From Planctomycetota bacterium (GTDB taxonomy: Bacteria > Planctomycetota > PLA2 > JAEUHO01), in NCBI GenBank assembly GCA_965223505.1, contig CBDCWP010000041.1, positions 33,800 to 97,799 on the forward strand: a stretch of 64,000 nucleotides of DNA, written 5' to 3'. The translations under genes and the position numbers were made by a program. How positions within the stretch are numbered: position 1 is the first letter of the stretch; each line of letters starts with the position of its first letter. Positions 27,888 through 38,192 of the stretch are shown here, in pieces. The notes under the pieces were generated by a model. The model did no database searches. It saw nothing but the letters and a program-made list of their open reading frames with translations, and had not been told where the DNA came from.

Positions 27888-29429
27888 TTGGCGTCGTCCC
27901 CGTCCAGTGCCTCGGCTCCCATTGTCGTCGGCGGGCGTCTGCGCATTCCCCAGGCGCTCGCCGGGTCCCTGTCCGCCCGTCCCCTGCGCCTGACCGCGAC
28001 GTCGAAGCGGCGCGTGAGAGCCTCTGCGGACCGCATCGCCGACGCCGTGCGCGACGGGGAGTGGGTGTACGGCGTCACGACGGGATTCGGCAGCAACGCG
28101 GACACCGGCATCAAGCGCGCCGACGCGCCCGAGCTGCAGCGCAACCTGTTGGTCAGCCACGCCCTCGGGCACGGGCCGCCTCTGCCGGACGAGACGGTGC
28201 GGCTCGCGCTCCTCCTTCGCATTCACGCGCTCGCCCAGGGCTTCTCGGGGATCCGGATCGGCACCTTGCGCGCGATGATGCGCCTCTACGAGCGCGACGT
28301 GCTGGCCGTGGTGCCGAGTCAGGGCAGCGTGGGCGCCAGCGGCGACCTCGCACCGCTCTCATTCCTCGCGCTGCCGCTGATCGGCGAAGGCCGCGTGCAC
28401 GTTCACGGCCGCGAGATGAGCGCGGTCGCCGGCTTGAAGAAGGCGGGACTCAAGCCGGTCCGGCTCTCGTTCAAGGAGGGCCTGGCGCTCGTCAACGGCA
28501 TGCAGATCACGCTCGCGCTCTCGCTGCAGGCGCTGGAACATGCCGAGATGGCCGCGCGCGTCGCCGACGTGTGCGCCGCGCTCACGACGGAAGCGTTGGC
28601 GGGCAAGTCGGAGGCGTTGGACGCTCGCATTCACCGGGTGCGCGGTCATCCAGGCCAGAGGCAGAGCGCGAAACGCATTCTTCGCATCGTGCGCGGCAGC
28701 AAGCTGGTCGACGCGCCGCACGGTTCGATCCCGGGCAAGCGCAGGGCGCCGCAAGACGCGTACGGAATTCGCTGCGCGCCGCAGGTGCACGGCGCCGCGA
28801 TCGACGGCATGGCGTTCGCGCGTTCGGTGTTCGAGCGCGAGATCGACGCGGCGACGGACAACCCGCTCATCGTGGACGGCGACATCCTCTCGGGCGGCAA
28901 CTTCCACGGCGAGCCGATTGCGCTCGCGGCCGACCACCTCAAGCTGTGCACGCACGAGCTCGGCAGCATCAGCGAGCGACGCACGGCGACGCTCGTCGAC
29001 CAGCACATGAACGAGGGCCTGCCCCCCTACCTGACGCCGCACCGCGGACTGCACTCGGGCTTCATGATCCCGCAGTACGTCGCTGCCGCGCTCGTGTCGG
29101 AGACGAAGACGCTCTGCTTCCCGGCGAGCGCCGACTCGATCCCCACCGGTGCGAACATCGAAGATCACGTGAGCATGGGTCCGATCGCGGCTCGGCGCGC
29201 GCTCGAGATCGCGAGAACCGTGCACGCGGTGCTGGCGATCGAGCTCATCGCGGCCTGCCAGGCGATCGAGCTCCGGGATCGCCGGCCGAGCCGCCGTTCG
29301 CAAGCGGTCATCGACGAGGTGCGAACGGTGGTGCCGCTGCGCATCGACGACGCGCCGTGGAAGAATGCGCTCGAGGGCGTCGAGACGCTCGTGCGCGACG
29401 GCACGATCGCGCAGGCAGCCGGCATCTAG
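27888..29429 (+). CDS. hutH: Histidine ammonia-lyase
   Basis: 'VYGVTTGFG', His-specific 'NLLVSH', MIO motif 'GSVGASGDLAPL', 'QDAYGIRCAPQVHG', 'SGGNFHGEP', 'EDHVSMG'. Confidence 0.93.
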   Translation: MASSPSSASAPIVVGGRLRIPQALAGSLSARPLRLTATSKRRVRASADRIADAVRDGEWVYGVTTGFGSNADTGIKRADAPELQRNLLVSHALGHGPPLPDETVRLALLLRIHALAQGFSGIRIGTLRAMMRLYERDVLAVVPSQGSVGASGDLAPLSFLALPLIGEGRVHVHGREMSAVAGLKKAGLKPVRLSFKEGLALVNGMQITLALSLQALEHAEMAARVADVCAALTTEALAGKSEALDARIHRVRGHPGQRQSAKRILRIVRGSKLVDAPHGSIPGKRRAPQDAYGIRCAPQVHGAAIDGMAFARSVFEREIDAATDNPLIVDGDILSGGNFHGEPIALAADHLKLCTHELGSISERRTATLVDQHMNEGLPPYLTPHRGLHSGFMIPQYVAAALVSETKTLCFPASADSIPTGANIEDHVSMGPIAARRALEIARTVHAVLAIELIAACQAIELRDRRPSRRSQAVIDEVRTVVPLRIDDAPWKNALEGVETLVRDGTIAQAAGI

Positions 29430-29462
29430 ACACGGGCGATGGGTGGAAGTGCTCGGCGGCGT

Positions 29463-29507
29463 CGTCCCGTCTGCCGCTTCCCGCCTCCCGAGCCGGGGAT
29501 CGGGAGA
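29463..29507. repeat. Partial heptamer-repeat element
   Basis: CGTCCCG TCTGCCG CTTCCCG CCTCCCG agc CGGGGAT CGGGAGA; same heptamer as the elements at 33727 and 60407. Confidence 0.55.
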
Positions 29508-29544
29508 CTGTCCGGTTCTTCGCTCCGCCGCGTATGCTCCCCTC

Positions 29545-30847
29545 GTGTCCATCATCCAGCCCCGAACGCTGAAAGGCTTCCGCGACCTCACGCCGCAGCA
29601 AGCGCGGCTGCGCGCCGACCTCGTGCGCACGCTCGAGGACGTCTTTCGCGCGCATGGCTACGGCCCGATCGACACGCCCGCGCTCGAGTACGCGGAGATC
29701 CTCAAGGGCAAGGGCGCGGACGTGGACAAGGAGCTCTTCGAGTTCACCGACAAGGGCGGGCGCGAAGTCGCCATGCGCTTCGACCTGACGGTCCCGCTCG
29801 CGCGCTACGTCGCCCAGCACCAGGGCACGCTCGCGTTCCCGTTCCGGCGCTACCACCTCGGTCCCGTCTGGCGCGGGGAACGCCCGCAGCGCGGCCGCTA
29901 CCGCGAGTTCTGGCAGTGCGACGCGGACATCGTCGGCCCCGTGACCGCCGAGGCCGACGCCGAGATCCTGGTGCTCATGCTCAGCGCCTACGAGGCGCTG
30001 GACGTGGGGACGGTCACGCTGCGCATCAACGACCGGCGCGTGCTCTCCGGGCTGCTCGAGCAGCTGGGCACGTCGACGGGCTCGCTCGAGGTGCTGCGCG
30101 CGATCGACAAGCGCGAGAAGCAGGGCGACGACGCCGTGCGCAAGGAGCTCTCCGCGGCCGGCATGAGCGATGCCGACATCGAGCGCGTCCTCGACGTGTG
30201 TGCGCCGCGGAGAGACGACGAAACGACGCTCGCCATGTTGCGTGAGGCCGTCGGCGACAGCGAGACCGGCGTCGCCGGCGTCGACGGGCTCGAGCGCGTG
30301 CGCGCGCTCGTCGAGGCGGCGGGCAAGCCGCTCTCGTCGCTGCGGGTCGATCCGAGTATCGCGCGCGGGCTGGACTACTACACGGGCGTCGTGCTCGAAG
30401 CACAGCTCGACGACCTGCCCGACATCGGCAGCGTCGGATCGGGGCGGGCGGTACGACGACCTTGCGGGGCTCTACACCAAGAGCAACTTGCCGGGCGTCG
30501 GGTGTTCGATCGGCATCGATCGCCTCCTGACGGCGCTGGAAGAGCTCGGTCGGGCGAACGCGGCGGTCGACGAGAGCGTCATGGTCGCCAACGCCGGTCC
30601 GGACACGATCGAGGCCGCGTTCGCATTCGCCGCGACGCTGCGCGCCGGGGGGCTCGCGGCGGACGTGTATCCGGAGGCGCGCAAACACGGCGCGCAGATG
30701 AAGTTCGCGGACCGGCGCGGCATCGCGTTCGTCTTCACACCCGACGCGGACGGGTCCTTCTACGGGAAGCGACTCGCCGACGGAGCGTCCGAGCGGTGCG
30801 CCGACGCCGACGCGGCGTTGGCCTGGATCCGGAGCCCGGCCCGTTGA
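29545..30847 (+). CDS. hisS: Histidine--tRNA ligase with an apparent +1 frameshift at 30441-30444
   Basis: 'KGFRD', 'MRFDLTVPLARY', 'WRGERPQRGRYREFWQCDAD', 'IARGLDYYTG'. The frame switches at GGGG to 'GGRYDDL...GVGCSIGIDR' and the anticodon-binding domain. Confidence 0.93.
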
Positions 30848-31116
30848 CGGACTGGCGCAACCAGGAGCCGCGTCCGATCCTCTGCCAGCTCCAAGCCGGC
30901 AAACACGCCATCTGCGCGTGCGGGAAGACCGGCAACAAGCCCTTCTGCGACGGGAGCCACAAAGGGACCGGCAACTCGCCGCACATTCTGGACGTCGACC
31001 CCATGGGGCAAACCGTCGCCTGGTGTACGTGTCGTACGAGCGGCAGGATGCCGTTCTGCGACGGCAGCCACAAGAAGCTCTGGCCCATTCAGCCCCCGCC
31101 CAAGGATCCGAAATAG
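30844..31116 (+). CDS. CDGSH iron-sulfur (NEET/MiNT-like) protein with two motifs
   Basis: 'CACGKTGNKPFCDGSH' and 'CTCRTSGRMPFCDGSH'. TTG start overlaps the hisS stop (TTGA). Confidence 0.9.
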   Translation: MTDWRNQEPRPILCQLQAGKHAICACGKTGNKPFCDGSHKGTGNSPHILDVDPMGQTVAWCTCRTSGRMPFCDGSHKKLWPIQPPPKDPK

Positions 31117-31144
31117 GATCTAGCGTGTCGCACGGAGACCCGTC

Positions 31145-31636
31145 ATGAAGACCCGCGTTCACGTGAACCTCAACGTGCGCGACCTCGATCGGAGCGTCGC
31201 GTTCTACAGAACGCTGTTCGGCGCCGAGCCGAGCAAGACGCGCGCGGACTACGCGAACTTCCGGCTCGACTCGCCGGCGCTGCACCTCGCACTCGTGCAC
31301 AAGCCGGATCACCAGCCGATCGCGTCCGAGCAGCACTTCGGCGTCGAGCTCTTCGAGGACGGCGAGCTCGAAGGCTGGCGCGAGCGTGTCGAAGCGGCCG
31401 GCGTGAGCACGCGGATCGAGGAAGCGGTCACCTGCTGCTACGCGGTCGCCAACAAGTTCTGGGCGCAGGATCCCGACGGCAACGAGTGGGAGTTCTGGGT
31501 GCGGCATGCCGACGCCGAGGCCATGAGCGACAAGCCGGCCGGCAGCAGCGAATGCTGCGCGCCCGCCGCGTCGATGCCTCTCTCGACGATCGCGGGGCTC
31601 GAGCCGAAGCAGAGCGACGGCGGCTGCTGTGGATAG
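31145..31636 (+). CDS. ArsI/CadI-family VOC metalloenzyme
   Basis: 'HVNLNVRDLDRSVAFYRTLFG', 'HFGVE', 'TCCYA...KFWAQDPDGNEWE', and C-terminal CC pairs. Confidence 0.9.
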   Translation: MKTRVHVNLNVRDLDRSVAFYRTLFGAEPSKTRADYANFRLDSPALHLALVHKPDHQPIASEQHFGVELFEDGELEGWRERVEAAGVSTRIEEAVTCCYAVANKFWAQDPDGNEWEFWVRHADAEAMSDKPAGSSECCAPAASMPLSTIAGLEPKQSDGGCCG

Positions 31637-31853
31637 CGACGACGGCCAGGAGCCGTCCGTGCGAGGCCGCATCGACGACCTCGAGTTTCGTTTCCTGCAC
31701 CAGGAGAAGCTGCTCGAGCAGCTCAACGAGGTCGTCATCGAGCAGCGCAACGTGATCGCGCGGCTCGAGGTGCGCGTGGAGGGTCTGAAGGACCAGCTCA
31801 GCGGACTCTCTGCGAACGAGGACGGCGAGGACCCGCCTCCGCCGCACTACTGA
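31629..31853 (+). CDS. slyX: SlyX-family protein
   Basis: 'RIDDLEFRFLHQEKLLEQLNEVVIEQ' with terminal 'PPPHY'. Confidence 0.92.
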   Translation: MDSDDGQEPSVRGRIDDLEFRFLHQEKLLEQLNEVVIEQRNVIARLEVRVEGLKDQLSGLSANEDGEDPPPPHY

Positions 31854-31881
31854 TTCGGCGCGACGAGAACCTGCGACGCGG

Positions 31882-33639
<1,758 letters not shown>

Positions 33640-33726
33640 CGGCGGAATGGTAACGGGGCGCGCAGAGGAGGCACCCGTACGGCACGGGGCCGGGGCGCCG
33701 CGGACGCCCGCGCGCCGACCGAGCCT

Positions 33727-33823
33727 CCCGGGACACGGGATGCGGGAACCGGGAAACGGGAGGCGGTACTTCGCTCCCTGCTCGGAAGTCCCGATTGCCG
33801 TTGCCCGTATCCCGTCTCCGGGG
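33727..33823. repeat. Heptamer-built palindromic intergenic element
   Basis: (CGGGAnn)x~6, an ACTTCGCTCC core, then (nnTCCCG)x~5. A second copy lies at 60407-60495. Confidence 0.8.
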
Positions 33824-33852
33824 TTCCGTGAGCACTCGACGCGGCGAAGCCG

Positions 33853-34674
33853 CTAGGTCTTCTTCCGGGTGGGCAGCGGCCTCCCCCCCATCAGGCGCCG
33901 CGAGACGCCGGCGATGAAGGTGCGCGGGAAGAAGCGCTGGAAGAAGACCAGCGACTTGTTCTTGAAGCCCGGGACGACCTCCATCTTGCCCTTCTGCAAA
34001 GCGCGCAGTCCCGCGCGCGCTACCTTGTCGGCGGGCATACGGTTCTTCAGGAAGCCGGTGAGGTTGCGGTAGCCCGCGGCCTCGAAGAACTCGGTGTCGG
34101 TCACGCCGGGGCACAGCGCCGTGATCGCGACGTTCGTGTGCTTGTACTCCTGGTGAATGCTGTTGCTGAAGTTCAGCAGGAACGCCTTCGTGCCGGCATA
34201 GCCGGCTTGATAGGGCGCGGCCTGGAAGCCGGCGACGCTGGCGACGTTCAGGATCCCGCCGCTGTCGCGCGAGACCATGCCGGGCAGCGTGAGGCGCGCG
34301 AGCGCGACGGCAGCGCTGACGTTGACGTGGATCATGTCCAGGGTGCGGTGCAGGTCGCAGGCGCCGTACATGCCGGGGACCGCGAAGCCGGCGTTGTTGA
34401 TCAGGACGTCGACGTGCTCGAGCGACTCGTCCGCGCGCTTGACGATGAACTCGGCGCTCTCGGGCTTGGAGAGGTCGGCGACGATCGCCACCGCTTCGGG
34501 CGACCCCAGCGATTCGAGCTCGACACTGAGCTCGGCGAGGCGGTCTTCGCGCCTGGCCGTGACGACGATGCGCGCACCTTGCCGCGCCAGCTCACGGGCG
34601 ATCTCACGTCCGATGCCCGCACTCGCGCCGGTGACGAGGCAACGCATGTCGCGAAACGTGTCGATGCGTCCCAT
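33853..34674 (-). CDS. Short-chain dehydrogenase/reductase
   Basis: 'TGASAGIG', 'NNAG', YxxxK 'YAGTK'. Confidence 0.95.
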   Translation of the reverse strand: MGRIDTFRDMRCLVTGASAGIGREIARELARQGARIVVTARREDRLAELSVELESLGSPEAVAIVADLSKPESAEFIVKRADESLEHVDVLINNAGFAVPGMYGACDLHRTLDMIHVNVSAAVALARLTLPGMVSRDSGGILNVASVAGFQAAPYQAGYAGTKAFLLNFSNSIHQEYKHTNVAITALCPGVTDTEFFEAAGYRNLTGFLKNRMPADKVARAGLRALQKGKMEVVPGFKNKSLVFFQRFFPRTFIAGVSRRLMGGRPLPTRKKT

Positions 34675-34697
34675 GTTTTCCCGCTCCGTCGCCGCCT

Positions 34698-37600
34698 CTA
34701 GTGCAACAGGTCTCGCCAGTCGGACGGGTAGCGTCCTTCCAGCTCCGCGCGCGCGAAAGCCTCACACAACCGGCGCGTTTCTTCCAGTCGCGTTCCCGAG
34801 ACGTCGATGGGAACTTCGAGCACGTCATCGCCCCAGCTGTCGTCGAGGAGCAACAGCGACGCACCCGCGACGTCTTCGCCCAGGAGCCGCTCGGCCGCGA
34901 GCGCGTAGAGCCGAAGCTGCCATGCGTAGTAGTCCGCGAGCGACTCCGGCGTCGGGAACCGCTTGCTCTTGCGATTGGTCTTGTAGTCGACGACCCAAAC
35001 GCCGTCCTCGCGCACGTGCCAGAGATCGAGCGTGCCCTTGACCAGGAGCGAGTCGAAGGTCGCGACACGCACGTCGCCGGGGAATCGGATCCGTGTGTGG
35101 AACGCGACCTCGCGCCGGACCCGGCCTTTCCGGTCGAGCGAGGCCGCGACGGCGCGACCCACGTCGGCGTCGAGGTAGCGCCGGATCATCCCGCGCGCCT
35201 GCGCCTCGACGCCGTCAGGCGTCCCGGCGGGATACTCCTCGCGAAGCGCGCCGCGCAGGACATCGTCGACGGTCGCGCCGGGGACGTGCTCCAGTACGGC
35301 GTGGACGACACGGCCGAGCGCGGCGCGGTCGACGGTCTCGCCGGGTTCGTCCCAGCGGTCGAGGCGCTCGACGCGTTCGTGGCCGCGCGTTTCCGCGCCG
35401 GCCTCCCCCATCGCATCGAGATCGGGCAGCGCGTCTTCGTACACGTGCTCTTCGAGCAGAACGTTCTCGGCGTAGTAGCGCGACGGATCCGCGGCGAAGG
35501 CGAGCAGCTCGGAGACGCTCACGACGTATCGGGTGTCACCGAGCGGACACGTCTCGACCTCGGCCTCCGCCAGCTTCGTCGCGGCCCACGCACGGTCTTC
35601 GTCCGTGGGCAAGAGGTCACTGCGAGGCTCCACTTGACCCGCGCCCGGTTCGACAGTCGCCGCGGGGACGATCCGCAGGCGTACGGTGGCCTCGCCGAGG
35701 CGGGCGAGCCTCTCACCGGGCGCGAAGTCGCTCTGCAGCAACCGCCAAATCTGTTTCGCCCAGCCGACGGCCGATGACGGCCGGGGCGGCTTGCCGGTGG
35801 CCCCCTTGCACCACGCGCTGATGACGAGCCGCTCTTCGGCTCGCGTGGTAGCGACGTACAGCACGCGCTGCTGCTCGCGATCGTCGAGCCGGCTCTCCTC
35901 TTGCTCGAGAAGCTGGTAGCCGCCCGATCTGCGCCCGGCACCCTCGACGGGATCCTGCATGCGTGCGGCGATCCGCCCGTCCCCGTCGTGCAGCAACGGC
36001 GGTCTTCGATTGCTGCCGATTGCTCGACCGGCGTCCGCGAGGATCACGAGCGGAAACTCGAGTCCCTTCGCCCCATGCACCGTCGTCAGTCGCACGACGT
36101 CGGCATCGCGCGCACCAATGGCCGCCTCGGGCTCAGCCATCTCCCGCTCCCGCAATGCGAAGAGGTGGCGCAACAGGTCGCCGAGACCGCGTCGACCGCT
36201 CGCATCCAAGCGCCGCGCAATGCCGACGGACTTGCGTAGGTTCGCCGCGCGCCGCTCGCCGCCACGTTCGACGAGCGCGACTTCGAGAAGGCCGAGACTG
36301 CGCAACGCGCCTTCGACGGTGTTCGCGAGCGAGCCTGCGACCGCGTCTGCACGGAGCCGATCGAGCGCCGTGATGTTCGCGGCGTACCGGCCGCCCCGGC
36401 TCGCGTCCGCCAGCATGCGATCCCAGGCACGTTCTCCTTCGTGGCCGAACCATCGCAGCAGGTCGTCGTCCTCGGCACCCAGGGCGGGCCCGGTAGCGAC
36501 GCACGCCAGCGCATGTTCGTCGGATGGATCGTGAACGACCCGCAAGACGTGCAGGAGGTCGCCGATCTCGTCCGTATCGAGATACCCCGCGCCCTGCATC
36601 GTCACGTACGGGATGCCCCTGCGCGAGAGGGCCGCTTCGTAGATGTCGATCTGCGTGCGCGCACGAAAGAGGACCGCGATGTCACCGTAGCCGAACGGTC
36701 GCTCCACATCCGCTTTCGTGCGCGGCACGCCCCTGGCAACGAACTCCTCGATGTGCTGAGCGATCCACTCGGCCTCCGCCATGCGCGCCTGCTCGGCGCT
36801 CCCCCCCTTCCCGATATCGATGAACGTGACCTCCAGCGGCACCTCGTCGGTGTCCCGGAACGTGCCCATCGCAACCAGCGGCTCGTAGGGAACACCTGCC
36901 GCGCCGTCGCGAAAGAGGGCCTCGTTCAGCGCATTGACGCCCTGGACGAGCATCGGGTGCGCCCGATAGGAGGCGTCGAGTCCATGGCATCCCTCGTCGC
37001 CCACGCGCTCGCGCTCGTCGAGGATCACGCCGACGTCGGCACGCCGGAATCGGTAGATGCTCTGCTTGGGATCGCCGACGGAAAACTGGGACGCGGTGGC
37101 GCGCAGGCGTTCGAGAATCCGCGCCTGTAGCGGATTGGTGTCCTGGTACTCGTCGACGAGCAGCGCTCCGGGCGCCAGATCGAGCGCACGCCCGTCTTGC
37201 GCGAGTCGATCGAGCAGCCGAACGGTCTCCAGCTCCAGATCGGTGAAGTCCAATGCCGAACGCTCACGCTTGAGCTCCGCATAGGTTCGATCGATGGTCG
37301 CCAACATTTCGCGCAGGGCCGGGAGCACGGACGCGCGCCCCCAAACGTCGAGATGTACGCCACCGAGCACCTCGAGCGCGTCCTTCAGCGCGTTGCGGGC
37401 CTTCGTGAAGCCGCCGCCCGGCTTGAACATCTTCGTGAGATCGCCGACGACGTCGTGCAGCTGCCACGTCGCGAAGGCGGCTACGTCGACGCCCTCGTCG
37501 ATGTCGAGCGTCTCCAAGCTCCGACATCGGTCGAGCACATCGCGAAATCGCGCAACGTGTTCTCGATGGACCTCGTTCTCACACGCCGCGAATTCCTCGA

Positions 37601-38192
37601 TGGCTGAGAGTGTGGCGGCTTTCGCCGTCTCGACGTCGATGTCCGCGGGACGCCACTCGATGCGTTCGGGTTCGATGCCGGAACCGCGCAGGAGCCCGAG
37701 CAGCTTGATGCACTCGTCGCGCTGCTTGTAGCGGGGTAGCGCGTGGTATCCGAGCAACGCGTCGGGATTGCGCTCTTCGAGCTCGTTCTCCGCGAGCGCG
37801 GCGGCATCGTCGATCAGCAACGCCGACTCGCCGGCGTCCAGAACCTGGAACGACGGATCCACGCCGGCCTCGACGGCATGTAGCCGCAGGAGCTTGGCGC
37901 AGAACGCGTGGATCGTCGAGATCGACGCGAACTCGACCTCGGCTCGCGCCGCTTCCTCTCCTGCGTCTTCGAAGTACTCGGCGATGCGGCCGCGCATTTC
38001 CTCGGCCGCTTTCTCGGTGAACGTCAGCGCGGCGAGGTCGCGAACACCGAAGCCGTTCTCCCGAACCATGTGCACGAATCGTTCGGCGAGCACACGCGTC
38101 TTGCCGGATCCGGCACCCGCGGTGACGCACGCGTCGGTCGGCGGCCTGAGAACGGCAGCGGCCTGTTTCTCGGATAGCGGCGGCCGGCTCAT
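34698..38192 (-). CDS. addA: AddA-like UvrD helicase/nuclease
   Basis: 'AGAGSGKT', 'TFTEKAA', 'STIHAF', 'VDEYQDTN', 'VGDPKQSIYRFR', 'TVHGAKGLEF', 'YVATTRA', and nuclease 'GTLD...DYKT...QLRLY'. Confidence 0.9.
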   Translation of the reverse strand: MSRPPLSEKQAAAVLRPPTDACVTAGAGSGKTRVLAERFVHMVRENGFGVRDLAALTFTEKAAEEMRGRIAEYFEDAGEEAARAEVEFASISTIHAFCAKLLRLHAVEAGVDPSFQVLDAGESALLIDDAAALAENELEERNPDALLGYHALPRYKQRDECIKLLGLLRGSGIEPERIEWRPADIDVETAKAATLSAIEEFAACENEVHREHVARFRDVLDRCRSLETLDIDEGVDVAAFATWQLHDVVGDLTKMFKPGGGFTKARNALKDALEVLGGVHLDVWGRASVLPALREMLATIDRTYAELKRERSALDFTDLELETVRLLDRLAQDGRALDLAPGALLVDEYQDTNPLQARILERLRATASQFSVGDPKQSIYRFRRADVGVILDERERVGDEGCHGLDASYRAHPMLVQGVNALNEALFRDGAAGVPYEPLVAMGTFRDTDEVPLEVTFIDIGKGGSAEQARMAEAEWIAQHIEEFVARGVPRTKADVERPFGYGDIAVLFRARTQIDIYEAALSRRGIPYVTMQGAGYLDTDEIGDLLHVLRVVHDPSDEHALACVATGPALGAEDDDLLRWFGHEGERAWDRMLADASRGGRYAANITALDRLRADAVAGSLANTVEGALRSLGLLEVALVERGGERRAANLRKSVGIARRLDASGRRGLGDLLRHLFALREREMAEPEAAIGARDADVVRLTTVHGAKGLEFPLVILADAGRAIGSNRRPPLLHDGDGRIAARMQDPVEGAGRRSGGYQLLEQEESRLDDREQQRVLYVATTRAEERLVISAWCKGATGKPPRPSSAVGWAKQIWRLLQSDFAPGERLARLGEATVRLRIVPAATVEPGAGQVEPRSDLLPTDEDRAWAATKLAEAEVETCPLGDTRYVVSVSELLAFAADPSRYYAENVLLEEHVYEDALPDLDAMGEAGAETRGHERVERLDRWDEPGETVDRAALGRVVHAVLEHVPGATVDDVLRGALREEYPAGTPDGVEAQARGMIRRYLDADVGRAVAASLDRKGRVRREVAFHTRIRFPGDVRVATFDSLLVKGTLDLWHVREDGVWVVDYKTNRKSKRFPTPESLADYYAWQLRLYALAAERLLGEDVAGASLLLLDDSWGDDVLEVPIDVSGTRLEETRRLCEAFARAELEGRYPSDWRDLLH

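Noticed and set aside
29365-31116. Apparent HisS-CDGSH fusion (583 aa ORF)
   Set aside because: Produced by the hisS frameshift. The true HisS C-terminus is in another frame and CDGSH has its own TTG start.
33727-33823. Heptamer or REP arrays as a CRISPR
   Set aside because: No 23-50-bp direct repeats with unique spacers and no cas genes. The AddB Fe-S nuclease is not Cas4.
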